Shown here: positions 1 through 12,869 of the stretch, piece after piece | How positions within the stretch are numbered: the stretch's first letter is position 1 | How the letters are laid out: every line of letters begins with the position of its first letter | Source of the DNA: Phoronis australis | Taxonomy: Eukaryota > Animalia > Phoronida | Assembly (NCBI GenBank): GCA_002633005.1 | Contig: NMRA01000093.1 | Location: 314,567 to 378,566 of the forward strand | Reading direction: 5' to 3' | DNA length: 64,000 nucleotides | The notes under the pieces: model-generated | What the model was told of the DNA's origin: nothing | What the model saw: the letters and a program-made list of their open reading frames with translations, nothing else | The model's database searches: none | Made by a program: the position numbers and the translations under genes

Positions 1-749
1 TCTCAAGTAAATTCAGTAGCAATTTTCTACATATTGTCAATTTCAGTGTTCACGTCACGCTCATGATCATCATGAACAGCTAACATGCCTACTCCGACAA
101 AACTTTATATCAACTTTGAATGGAACTTGCGCGCACCCAGCCAGAGAAAATGGGAACTCGAATTTTTGAGAATGTGGGCCTTTTACTAAGATTCACGGGA
201 TACGTTCAAAGCTGTGAATTGTGCATTCACCGAATTTTGTTAGTTCTTGCCTTTTTAGAGTTTTTTTGTCTCCTTTTCTACCTTTTTGGAATTTTTGTTT
301 CTCTGAGGCGGACCTTTTTGTCCACTTCGCCAAATTGGTGCGCCCATGGAACAAGTAACACAGAAAATTAGTAAAATGAACTGAGTACAGGGTGAATATA
401 AAGTATGACATGTTCGACAATACAGTTGGAGTACCGAAAGTGGTACGCAATTTACGCTTTTGCTGCTGATCATGGTTGTGTTGGTAAGGGTCTCAGTACA
501 CTGCTATACCGCACCCGGGGGCCTGCTGAAAAGATATCAATCGCAATTTGGTATGTCAATGGCAGATACCAAAAACTAACATGATTTTTTTGATACAGTA
601 CTATAATTGTCATTGTTCTCTTTCGGTTTCACCAGCATGGTGGTTTTGATCGGTTCGTTGAGCTTCCAGGTTATTCTTGATCGAGCAAGCCAGTGCAACA
701 CGAAGGACTTGAAGTGACGGCGAAAATACGGTTTTCTTTCCACTGCCAC

Positions 750-884
750 CTTACGTAGTTGTGCTTGAGAGTTATGGTGTCGTGCGCCAATCGGACAGTT
801 CCAAATGAAGCAGCAGGTGGTTACGTGAAGTGCAAGCAGCAAACACATCGCCGCAACAAAGCTTCTACTCCGGATGACTTGCAT
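750..884 (-). CDS. Vasopressin/oxytocin-family (conopressin/vasotocin-like) neuropeptide precursor, first coding exon
   Basis: A tttcag acceptor at 891-892 precedes the ATG at 884. Translation MQVIRSRSFVAAMCLLLALHVTTC-CFIWNCPIG-ARHHNSQAQLRK gives a hydrophobic signal peptide followed directly by a C-x4-C-P-x-G nonapeptide (786-812). A phase-0 donor follows LRK (AAG|gtggca), matching the first intron position of VP/OT genes; an alternative donor C|gtaagg lies at 755. Confidence 0.8.
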
Positions 885-1662
885 GACTCCCTGAAACAAT
901 GAAATGCTGGCAATTAAAGGCCCATACGCCTAAAAACTAATCATGTCTCTTGACGCTGTTTTATGTGGTCCTTCTGTACAAAATAAATTTCAGGACGTTG
1001 GCCACCTATAGAAAATTGTCATAGCATTGCTTTTAAAAAAGCGTAAAGTATTTTAAAAAATACTTTACGCATGCGAAGTTTATTTTTCTGGGATACTAAT
1101 TCAGAGTAAACATTACTATGATAACGCATGCTCAGGTACAAAAAGCCATCTGCGAAGGTCATGAGATGTAATACAGAAATGGCGGAGATCCAAGATAGTC
1201 GTCCTGCATCCCACATATTTCTGAAATTGAAGAAGACATCGAAAATCCGACGAAATCCTATGAGACGTAGGCTTGTCGTATTACCGAGGACAAATAGTTC
1301 ACTGCTCCACCCAAAGCAGTGGTTGGTTTCTACCTAATCGTTAAAGCATGACTGGGTTAATAGTAAATATTCACTGACGCTACAAGGTTATAATAAAAGT
1401 AAGTCTTTCTTCCGTTGATTGTAATTTTCTAAGATCCGCATACTCGTCCTGACCACTTATTGAATCTTTGTCATATTTTGAAGAACACTTGGGTCGTCAC
1501 AGTCAGCAGACAACTTATCGTCCTAGTTATACGATTATCGTAAACTACAACTTTTAGCCTGAGCAGATTTTACCGTTTCATATAAGCAGTTACTCAATTT
1601 ACAGTTTACAGTTTAAGTTGGCAGGCTGACAAGCTGACTACAAGTTCGGTATTCATGGCTGA

Positions 1663-1800
1663 GCAGGCCCGTAGCCAGGGGGGGTTCAGTCGAACTGAAC
1701 CCCTCTTGTGGAAAAGGTCCAGCCTATCCGTTAAAGATAGGATCGATGGACATCAACAAACCTGTTGCAACTACTGGTACTAATAACTGCAATGTTTGCT
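1663..1800 (+). repeat. Dispersed MITE-like repeat (second copy about 5799-5950)
   Basis: gtagccagggg...cagcctatccgtta...gttgca.ctactggta is shared between the two sites. Confidence 0.6.
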
Positions 1801-2012
1801 AAGTTAGTAATAACTTTAACTTTGTGTAACTAATGTGTATACCTAATTAAGCCATATAGCAGAGAGAGAGAGCCTAAAAATTATACTGCAGTGTGAATGC
1901 CTTGAAATTGACTAAAGACTTTGGTCAGTGTTCTCTTGTCAATCAGTGCCAGTGGTGCACAGACTCGCAGACATCATACGAGCAACAAATTTCGATTGAT
2001 GGAAAAGTCTTC

Positions 2013-2902
2013 GAACGTTACATGTCACTATTCCGAAGGTTAACAACTCCGAATTTCAACTACTCCGAAGGTTCACAAGTCCGAAGGTTCATTACCTTCG
2101 AAAGTTCACTACTTCGAATGTGCACAATTCCGAAACCACAACTCCGACTGCTCTTTACTCTGATTGTATTCTAATGAGTAGAAACTGCCGTGAATGAAGT
2201 ATCGCTTTTGTGTCCATTTAGTAACCAAGAATTGAATAGTTCTTAAAACATAAATTACATTGTTTACAAATGAGCTCAGTTCCAAACACTGTCAATGGTG
2301 ATTCTTGAATTTAACTAACGACTCGTTCTCAAGCAGGAACAACATCTGGGAAGCGGGTCAGGGCTGCAGGAACCAACGGTGGTTTTAAATTTAAAAAGAC
2401 TGAATGGGACTCTCCGACTTCGTGAAGATTGGCAGGGACAGGGTAGCCTAATAACTACATTTAGTTTTCATTTGGCCGTGCGCATGGTTCCGGTGAGTGA
2501 GGTTGAGGCGCAGTGTTCCTAAACTTTTCAGTCATGCTGTGAACGGATGCTATCTTGATATGGTTTTGATGCGTCGTGGTTGATAATTCATCAATTTTCT
2601 TACTTCATATTCTGTTAAATATGCAATATGTACCAATTTTTTTGTATTTGTAAGACATGCGAGTATTCTCGCGTGCGCCTAAAATCCAAACAAAGTGTTT
2701 TAGTACCCGGGCATTGTTTTCGGTATAGTTACACCTCTCGGTGCATTAATAATCGAGGTATCATTTATTTTTACATATAAAAGTATAAAAATTACACCTA
2801 ATCCGAAATTTTAGATATTTTTGGAGTACTGAACCTTCGAAGGAGTGAACCTTTGGAAAAGTCAACTTTCGGAGTTGTGAACCTTCGGAATAGTGGGCTG
2901 TT
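2013..2902. mobile_element. Non-autonomous DNA transposon with inverted subterminal arrays of a ~15-bp unit
   Basis: The left end (about 2025-2147) repeats ccgaaggttcac.act; the right end (about 2820-2902) carries the reverse complement gtgaaccttcgga. Terminal cactattccgaagg pairs with ccttcggaatagtg. Confidence 0.7.
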
Positions 2903-3504
2903 CACATTTCCAGCGGTGTAAGCAACTTAAAGAAACTCGCAAAAATACAACCAGATAACAAATTTCGTAAAATTCATTCTCGGACTAAATATTTCCGACC
3001 GAGTATGTAATGAGGTGTAATCACTCATTTAATCACGCGTGATTTGAAGGTTTGGTGAGAGGAAACGCGAGAATGTTTTCTAATAACGCAATTTACTTCC
3101 TTAGTACAGAGGTTACGGACTTTTGAACGGTTAAAAGAGTTTGTAAAAATTTTTAATTTTCAAAGCTTGGCTTTCATCTGTTAATACTCTTTTCCACAGG
3201 CCTGTGAATTTGTCTGTTCCTCACCTCTGCTCACACATGTAATACAGTATTTACACAGAAAAGACAAGCGGCTGTATTCTTATCCAAAGGTCTAGTCATC
3301 TTGGATTTATGTTGTTGTCACGTGACTTTGCGCGCACTGTATACGCAATATGAGAAAGACTGGGTCGCCAACCGAAGCGACGTCTTTGGAGAAAATGAGC
3401 TTTCTGGTCGCTGGTGTGGATGGTGCTGCCTCCCAAGGGAGAGAAACTCACCTTAAGACTTGCAAAATCGGGCTCCAATGCTTATGGTAAATTTTCCATG
3501 AAGA

Positions 3505-3720
3505 CGCAGTATGACCTAGTGGGTTGAAACTCTGTGTCTTTTTCACCAGGACTTAGGTTAGAATCCCAGTGGACCCCACTGCAAGACCCTTGATTCAGGT
3601 CTTTAAGTCCTCAGCCCAATCTAAATTTGTGTAACAGCACACGTGTGTTATTTGTGTTTGTTAATACAGGCAAATGGTTTCAGGTAATTGTTGCATTGGG
3701 CCCAGGTGAGCAGCCTGCGA
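3505..3720 (+). repeat. Possible tRNA-derived SINE remnant
   Basis: A-box-like tgacctagtgg and B-box-like ggttagaatccc at tRNA-like spacing. Confidence 0.35.
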
Positions 3721-5199
3721 ACGTCTGATGCAATATGCACTTTTTCAAATTTCTGCAATAGCACTGGCGGACCTCAGATGTTGCATGAAGGGCAATCACA
3801 ATTTTCAAAAGACCAAACTTAATTTTGGTATCTCAAAGAGATATATTGGTTCAGTTTTAATTACGTCTATAAGGGGCACGTGCTCCTCATCTTCCTTAAG
3901 TCCGCCTATGTACGATTTCATTTGACGATTTGATCTCGTTGCCTTGGACTAATACATAAAAGTATGATCGTTAGCAATATGGATGCCTTAGACTGCAATT
4001 TAAACCAAATTTTCTCTTACAAATATCGCCATTGTCATTTTGTACTGATTCAAGGCTTCTCATGTCCACAACTGATTCTCATTTCCTGCATCCAAGTTTT
4101 TGCAAAAACGTTATGCTCGATGATTGTTGACACTTACAGTGTGTAAAAACTCGTCTTTTATCACAAAATTAATTTTTATATTGAGACCACTTGTCGTTAA
4201 TATGAAGTTGGTTTCCTTAATAAATATAGAGAGACGTGAGTTCTGGGCTCGGACACTTGCTTGATACAGACTCTACAGTTTGTCTTGTCTCGTCATGTAG
4301 TCTTATGGGCTCGAGCAACAACGGACAGACAGTTTTGCAAGATCAAAAAATGATTATCATGTGAATACTGAGGAGCACGTGGAGACCAATTTTATATTTT
4401 AGTGGTTTAAAACAAAAGTTAGGTTTCGTTGACAAAATGTGGATTTACAATCACATCAATGTAGCCCTATCATTGCCCCTGAGTATTTGTTACTCGTTGC
4501 TTCCAAAAAGACGTTGCATAAGTGTAAACCACGTTTGAGCTTAATAAGGCAGTACCGTATGTTGTGGCTGCGTATTCAATGTAGGGGTGCTGAGTAACAC
4601 AACCATGTTGCCATGAATTAATTCCATATCTTGAAGCTCTGGGACCTACTAATATAGTATTCTGTAGTGGCAAGCAAATGTTATGAGATGTGTACCAAAA
4701 GAAAATGGCAAAATGTGCATTCGTTACTATGCCCTCTGTCTAACTTCCATCCTATCTTACTTAATAGTTTATATACATGTAATGATACTAGCATTCAGTC
4801 AGTGGAGTTACAACGATTGACACTACCCGAGCAGAATATAACGTTGCTGCTATGTTTCCCTCCCCTGGAGATCACCACTTCCTTTTTCACCCCTGGTTGA
4901 TAGCGGCTTTTATCATTCAGTTACAGTGCGTTTAACTTCACAATTTATTTTTTAATACAAAACCAAGAAATATGGCATTGGGCATCAATTTTTATTACTA
5001 CCGGTCATCCACCAATGTGAACTCTGCCAGCCAAACAGAATATGGAGTACTGTTTCTCCCCTCAAACTACGAACAAGTGCCCCAAACTGAGAAACATAAC
5101 AGAAATCTCGGAGACATTGACGATTTCTGGCATTTAGACTATTTTGTTTTAAGACTCATAAATGAAAGCTATGAAAAGATCGAAATGTCCAACACGTAA

Positions 5200-5527
5200 A
5201 AAACCAGATAAGGCTAAGAATTCATAAAAAACTGGAGACCAAAAACTTTGCTCAACAGTGTTAACTTACAAGTTGGCATCCGAATGTAATGCTAGACGAA
5301 TAAAAAGGCACTTGGATATATAATTTCCTCAGATCAGACGGGATTTATAAAAGGGAGATGTGTGGGTGAACATAATATTGACCTATGATATTATGAATTT
5401 CTGTGAAAAATGGTATAGCGGGGCTGTTATTACAAATAGATTTTGAAAAAGCTTTTGATAGCTTGTCATGGTACTTCATAAATAATATTTTGGATATTTT
5501 TAATTTCAAGGCCTCAATTAAGCTGTG
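5200..5527 (+). mobile_element. Degraded L1/Tx1-clade LINE reverse-transcriptase fragment
   Basis: Frameshifted translation KNWRPKTLLN..YKLAS...IISSDQTGFIKGR...GLLLQIDFEKAFDSLSW. Confidence 0.85.
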
Positions 5528-6129
5528 AGCTTGGACACACTATGATGAATACAATGTCCTCATCCTCAGATAACACACTTATGTAAAGCGCGCTAACGAA
5601 ATCTGTTTTCACAAGAACTTACCTCACGTCTCGTAAAAGAATCTGCGATTGTTACTCAATAACGTGTCCTACAATAATCATTTATATACATGGATACCAC
5701 GAGCGACAGCTCTTGGAGGCATTTAAGTGGGGGTAAAAAGGACTGCCAAGACCACATACATGTGTACGCCTGGAATTATATGTAACATAAATAAATTCAG
5801 TCTAGTAGCCAGGGGAGGTTCGCGGGGTTCGATCGAACTCCCCCGGAAAAAAGTCCACTCCCAGCCTATCCGTTAGAGATGGAATATAGATGGACAACAA
5901 CAAAATTGTTGCAGCTACTGGTAGTATTAACAATAATTATAACTAAGTTAGACGAATTTGTTTCTGATTCATAGCGCTTCGCTTAATCATCGGCCCTACC
6001 CGGCCCCAGGGCCCAACTTCGCTCGAGTGGTGTTTGCGCGGATGACAGGATCGTTCAGACGATTAGAGGAGATTTATGACATTCATTGACATTAAACTTG
6101 CGTGGTTGCCACACCTTTATCGTCGATAT

Positions 6130-6345
6130 TATCGTTGCCAAATGAGTGAACGTTACACCGTTAAATGCCGTGCGTAAGCTAATTCTTGTTAGAGGCGTAA
6201 AGTAATTATTTGCGGCGTAAAGTAAGTATTTATGATGTAAAATAATTATTACATTACGACGCAAAGTAAGTCGGCGCTGAAAGTTACTTTAGACAGCAAA
6301 TAATTACTTTACGCCGCAAATAATTTCTTTATGGCACAAATAATT
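6130..6345. mobile_element. Foldback MITE (same family as 61407-61620)
   Basis: Shared gtgaacgttac...aattcttgttagaggcgtaaagtaa, with internal inverted gcggcgtaaagtaa/ttactttacgccgc. Confidence 0.6.
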
Positions 6346-7595
6346 TATTTATTACTTCGGCGACCTGAAAACTGAATGGGACTCTCTGACTTTGTGAAGA
6401 CTGGCGGGGACAGGGTAACCTTCTAAGTGCATTTAGTTTCGACCACTTCCGTAGAGTGAGGTAATAATTCATCAATATCCCTACTTCGTATTCTTTTAAA
6501 AGGATAGTAAACCTTGTGCTGATTTTCACCAATCCTCGTTCTGTCACATGCTAATGCACCACTGACGTCAATCTTCCAAGCTAAAAGTATACCAAACCCG
6601 GTTTTATTCTGTCAAGGTTGTGTTTTGCATGGGTGGCTCTCAAATCAGCACGATGTTCAGTGTCAATTTCTTGTAACCTAATTTCTTCTCAAAGTGGCAA
6701 CCTAGTTTCTTGAAGAGAAAGAACTAGATGAACTATGATTAGTTACGCTACGACGAGACCTTGACGAGCGTCTGCTTCCGTCTCGCTCTCTGTCTCCAAG
6801 ATGCGAGAAGATAGTCCGCGTAGAAGACCAAGTTGGGTAGATTCTATGTCATACACCTTTTCTAACTGTTTCTCTGACAGACCCTGGTATGAAATTAAAT
6901 TTCAAATGCCTGTTCAAGAATGATAGGAGCTTCTTTCAATAAGACAGTGTTATCAGAATCACCTAGTGCCTTCTTAACATGCAAAGCAAAGTTGAACCAT
7001 TTAGAAGCAGCAATTCTAAAATCTTTGGCTAGTAAACTTTTTAAACACTCTGCATATTGAGGAAAGGGTTTCCGTTCCCTAGTGGCTCTGAGCACGCGGC
7101 CCTCATCAATCCCAAGGCTGCCCAACCCACACACAACGCCGTCAACATCCAAAGGCTCTGAGCTCGGGTTGCCTACTACTTATTTCTCCATTCTTTGAGC
7201 AAAGGCAACTGAATCGCTGAAAGTACTTCAGCAAGCTGATTGATGAAGAATCTTGAGCACCTCCTATGAAGGAAAGCAACACAGTGGTTTCTACGGTAAC
7301 ATGGGAGTGCTACAATGCACACGTTTAACTAATTCCAGTAAATCGGTTGCAATAACAAGTAGGAAAATTATATAATACATTTAATTAACCAAAGAGCAAG
7401 TTGGTTATGCTTGCTATTAGCAGTTCCCACGTTAAAAACCATTCAACAAATAGTACCTTATATGTTATACTTTTCAAAATGACACGGTGTAAAAGGTGGA
7501 GCATCACGATACAAGAGCCGAAACGACAACAGGCAACAGATATGACAATGACTATGATGTTGTGTATCGTTATGGTACTTGAGACGTTACTGTTC

Positions 7596-7751
7596 CAGGG
7601 GCGGATCCAGGATTTTTAGTTGGGGGGCAGGGCAGAGTATTACCCAGGATTTTACCTGTCAGACATTCGCACCCCCGTACTGCCAAATGGAATCTGGGAG
7701 AATTTTAGGGGGGACATGACCCCCCTTGGCTCCCCTCTAAATCCGCCACTG
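7596..7751. mobile_element. GC-rich MITE with 5-bp target-site duplication TGTTC
   Basis: TIRs caggggcggat/atccgccactg; tgttc at 7591-7595 and 7752-7756. Confidence 0.8.
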
Positions 7752-10244
7752 TGTTCAGTGTTCAAAACATGTTGAATTGTGACAACAGTTCTACAGAACT
7801 GCTTGCTGAGGCTGGAATTCCAAAGTTTCAACCAGATCAACCACAGTTTAAGGTGAATAAATTACGGGAATTTACGTTTAGTATTTATTTCAAAAAATAA
7901 ACAAACGTTATTATTGGAGAGCATCTGGCGTTGTACCCGGCTTTGTCAGCTAGTGCAATGCAAAATCTAAGAGAAACGGTTTCGCAACTGCATCCAACTT
8001 GCATCCAAAGTTTCGTTGCTTACTTAAATTTCTGTCTAACAACTTCAAGTGTCACGTTTAGCAGCTCCAGTCCAATTCCTGTGTAAGGCAATGTCTTACA
8101 AACCCTGATATGGGTCATTTTCTTTTCAGTTGAAGGTGGATGTAAGCGGCAGGAACGTTGACATAGCTACGACTAGGGGACATCAGTCACGCTGGCGTGA
8201 TAATGGATGCTAAGCGAGGACAACGTCATCTTCCGACCTGCTTTGCGATGATATCAAGAGAACCAGCTGACGGGTTTCGATAAAACTTGACTCAGTATAC
8301 AGGAGTATACGATGTCAATGCGCCTGCACCATTTCATTTTCGGGTCTATTCGACCTCTGCATCGCCTTCTACTAGCTATTTTGAGGAAGAACACGTGCGG
8401 ATGATATCTTATGAACCGACTGATGAATTTCAAAGAAACTTTGCATAGTTATATATGGTGACCATGTGCCGGCGCAATTTTGATCCTCGACAAGGGTATT
8501 TCAAGAGTTGTTTAAGGGGAGAGCGTTTCTGTATTATAGAGAACCGATATACAATGACTTCAATGAAACTCGACTCAGCAGTATACGATGATTTGATTTT
8601 CGAGCTGATTCGGCTGCTGCAGTATTTCCTAGTGGCCAATAGAAACTATGCGATGCACCATGGGCGCATGTCAGCGCCTCAGCATTTCTCTTTTTAGAAT
8701 GTGGTAGCTTAGTACACTTAACCTACCCGTTGATCTTCTTTATGAGGTCCTCGCAATCATCGCGTTGTTCTCAGAAAATTCACAGTAATCAGATGATAAA
8801 GGGTGCCACAGAAAAAATATGCTCGTGTTTCGTGACAAAACATCCGAACTTAGGTAATATTTCAAGAAAGAAAATGAGGGGAGTGCTTTAATTAAAATTG
8901 CTCAGTTCAGTTTTAGACCAATACTTTTTAAGTATAAGAGCATCATGAATATTTTGCCCAAAATAGACAATTTTTGTTTCAAAGAGGTTTAGCTTGTAAA
9001 GTACTTTTAAAACAGTTTAAAGAACAGGAGATACAAAAACCTGTGTTATGTCTACGTAAACCTTGAACTTCTCTATCAAAAGACAGTCTTCACCAGTTCA
9101 AATTGGTTTTTGTTAACCTCTATTCGAGCCCCAATTTTTTATTCGAGTTTTAATCATTTTTGAGGTGCTTTGGGGGCCATTTTGCAGGGTTCCGGTGATT
9201 CCAAACAACATTTGATTACGAAGATAAGAAATACAAAAATGAAGTTTTTATTTCGTTTCCTAGTAACAGCCGATGGAAAGGACAATCATGCTATCGCGTA
9301 TTTCAGAGTCCTTGACAACGGGCATTCTGCAGCTGCATCTCGTGAACCCAGTAAAGGTGTTTAATTATTTTATGTAAATATGTTTCTATGGTGATGAAAT
9401 TGGTCGACGTCAACATTTAGATGATTTAACCACTGGCCCCCCTGGTGACAGTTTCCATAACTAGATTTCTTTGGTCAAATTCGGCTAAAATATTTCTATC
9501 CAGAAAACGATGGCACATGCATCGTTTCGAATGATTCCAACCTGTGCTGCTCCAGCACGAGCGTTCGCCTGTGGTGACTCAAACGTTCGTGTTCACTTTT
9601 AACCTGTAGCCGAAGCTTTCGATTATCATGTATCATTCTGATTCTCCACCCCACATAGCCTGTTTTTCCGTTCGACTAAAAGAGAAAATATCCGGTGCTT
9701 CAAGGGTTTTCACAAAAAATCGACATAAACAGTCATTTTTGAGCCCACTCTGTATTATGGTTAAAAATGTCATAAATACTCTAATAAATATTAAATAGGT
9801 CTATAATGAGAAAACTTGAAAATAAATAATAAAAGAATTTATGAGAAGAATTGTCACTACAGTCATAATTTTAGCTTTGATGAAACGTACGTGCCATTGT
9901 CCCTTCAACATCAAGTTGATCCTCAGGTTTTCGTTTCTTTGTTTGAGGATTGCAGTGGTGTGTGCACATTTGACCGCCTGTCGGCTTAATTTTGCAGACA
10001 TAACCCATTTTCAAACACAAACAGGAGTTTGAATTGTGGATTTTCTATCAGGCAAATGCATAGAGCAAACACGAAAATGCTTTGACTCTCTCTGCGTGCC
10101 ACTGTTGCCTGATTTTTTCCGTTTTTTGGCACAGCGGGAAGCTTGAATGGTGGTGGACATGCACAGTTGGCGCGACTAACTCCGTGCTCGTTGCAAACCT
10201 TTTCCCAAATATTTGATCAATCTTTAATCCACCCTTCTTCCACC

Positions 10245-10535
10245 CAATTGAAGAACATGTGGTAGATCAGAACAATGAGCTTGCTGAAGACAATTTCTCA
10301 GTAATGTGTCCCCACCCTGACAAGCGGAAAAGACACATTCGGGAAGCCGCAGAAATCCAAGTCAGCAAACTAAGTCTGAACAGAGATCCTGGCTTCGATC
10401 TTCCCGCTGTGTACTCTGACGTACTAGAGGGTTTTGCCAATAAGAGATTCCAATATTGCCGTTTTTAACTGGACCACAAAGGGCGAACATGGTGATGAAA
10501 CAAGTCCGTGAGATATGGACGAAACGGCGTACATG
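10245..10535 (+). mobile_element. Penelope-like element 3' fragment (GIY-YIG C-terminus)
   Basis: IEEHVVDQN...DNFSVM...KRHIREAAEIQVSKLSLNRDPGFDLPAVY; homologous to 13600-13985. Confidence 0.8.
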
Positions 10536-11296
10536 TACATCAGAATACTGTAGGTACGCCGTTATGTGCTCCTAAACGACTGTGACTGTCAATGCTCCTG
10601 CTCATGGGAACATTGCGTTTCGTAATTACTGTGGATAAATGATCAGATTGGTCCGTTCATTCAGCGCCTCCTTGCCGCACACTTCGAACAGCGTTTGTGG
10701 GAAATCATTTTCATTTGAGTATTGCTGGAGTGCAGCTGTGTTCATGAGAGCAAAATGATGCAAGTCAGAACTTTAACTTGACTGAATTGTATAGAATATT
10801 TTGAATATGTTTAAATAATGACGCAACATGTACTATGTAGGTAATGCATGCCTATGGCTGATTCTCCGTGTAATGATTTAATACTTGTGGCCTAGGTTTA
10901 AAATATAACTCCGAACCCTAGTTTGGACGTAGTCCCATTTAGTTTTGTCAACCTGTTGTAACTAGTAACTAGTAAACTGATTTTGTTATTTGCACTGCAG
11001 TTCGCCGTTCTTTGACGTATTGTGAGCGGATGTTTGCTTCTCATTTGCGTTCCCAATAAATGTGTAATAAAGTCAGATCTACGACTTTTTCTTCATCAAC
11101 CGCCGCTACAAGGACTCTAATGGAAGTAGTATACTCACTTGGTAACGTAATAGTAATTGGCTCGTTAAAACAGAAACAAGATTGTACTTTTCTCGTCCTC
11201 CTTTGTCGGTACATGTACTTTAACGTGAAAACTTAAAAAAGACTACATGACAATCCATGAAACGTTCACGTGGCCACAAAATAAACGAGTTCTGCC

Positions 11297-12382
11297 TCCT
11301 AACACCTCTGTGGAGGTTTTTCACGGACAACAAACGAGGAGACATTGTCAATGGCACGATTTAGCAAACTTTGACCTTGTTCCTTTTGTTAAAATAGATG
11401 CGAAAATGAATGCAAAACAATGATGACAATGACGACGACAAGGATCAATGATCATCATGATGGCTATGATGATAAATCGAGAACGAAGAAAAAAATTAAC
11501 AAATATTTCAAATAGTGCCAAATCTATCCACATACGAAATTTCTGAAATGTCTTTTAGGTGACAGTCGACCTACAGTATGGTTACGCACAAGTAGAAAAT
11601 TCCAAAAATAACCTCCACAGCGCCACCAATCCGGTTGTTCTTGTGTGCGCAGACAGCAAATCGATCAGCTTAAATAATGACATAAAATTAAGCCTAGTGC
11701 AGCGCTAATTGGAAACCCGTATATAAAATGGTAGAAAATTAAGCCCCGTGCAGTTCTAATTGGCAACTTGCACCAAAATTTCCGTTCGCGCTGACGTAAC
11801 AACATCTTAATCATGCAAATGAGACTTGTTGTTCATTANTCCTAACACCTCTGTGGAGGTTTTTCACGGACAACAAACTAGGAGACATTGTCAATGGCAC
11901 AATTTAGCAAAACTTTGACCTTGTTCCTTTTGTTAAAATAGATGCGAAAATGAATGCAAAACAATGATGACAATGATGACGACAAGGATCAATGATCATC
12001 ATGATGGCTGTGATGATAAATCGAGAACGAAGCAAAAAATTAACAAATATTTCAAATAGTGCCAAATCTATCCACATACGAAATTTCTGAAATGTCTTTT
12101 AGGTGACAGTCGACCTACAGTATGGTTACGCACAAGTAGAAAATTCCAAAAATAACCTCCACAGCGCCACCAATCCGGTTGTTCTTGTGTGCGCAGACAG
12201 CAAATCGATCAGCTTAAATAATGACATAAAATTAAGCCTAGTGCAGCGCTAATTGGAAACCCGTATATAAAATGGTAGAAAATTAAGCCCCGTGCAGTTC
12301 TAATTGGCAACTTGCACCAAAATTTCCGTTCGCGCTGACGTAACAACATCTTAATCATGCAAATGAGACTTGTTGTTCATTA
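11297..12382. repeat. ~543-bp direct duplication across the N at 11839 (probable allelic overlap)
   Basis: 11297-11838 versus 11840-12382, about six differences. Confidence 0.9.
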
Positions 12383-12509
12383 AGTGCAAGAACAATACAG
12401 TGGCGGATCTATGATATCATAACGGGGGCCCCAACATTTTGTCTAAAAACATTTGCGCAAAGCACGATTAGATGCGCATAGCACCGAATGGGGGGAGGTC
12501 GGGAGGGGC

Positions 12510-12770
12510 ATTTGACTCGAAATCACGACCTTGCAAATAAAGCGCACTTGCTTTACCAATGCACCACCACGACTTCACTCACATTTTGATAGTAAGAGAC
12601 CTACTTGTTTATGGTCCACAGCGTTTGCGCGCGAAACCTACTTCTTTTTGTAATGCTTATTACACTTTTTATATTTTGTGCAATCAGTTTGTAACAAATT
12701 TGTTGTATTTAAAATAGTCTTCAATTGCCCAAAAGACAAAATCCGTTTTTTTGTGTTGGCAATAATTACG
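12510..12770 (-). repeat. Dispersed repeat with a tRNA-like segment (inverted copy about 48125-48350)
   Basis: Reverse complement matches 48125-48345, including gtcgtggtggtg...ggtcgtga.ttcga (A/B-box-like). Confidence 0.7.
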
Positions 12771-12869
12771 CGATTCCCCTCACGTGAATAATGCATACCG
12801 GAGACTTCACGACAGAGTCGCCACAGGGTTAGTTTTGACGGTCTTTATGACGCACGTCAAAAATCCATT

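Noticed and set aside
2025-2147. CRISPR-like array of short repeats
   Set aside because: The units are contiguous without unique spacers and are mirrored at 2820-2902; they are subterminal repeats of a eukaryotic transposon.
11297-12382. Tandem duplication as a real biological repeat
   Set aside because: The junction is exactly at a single N and the copies differ by a few SNPs, which is typical of unmerged allelic contig ends.
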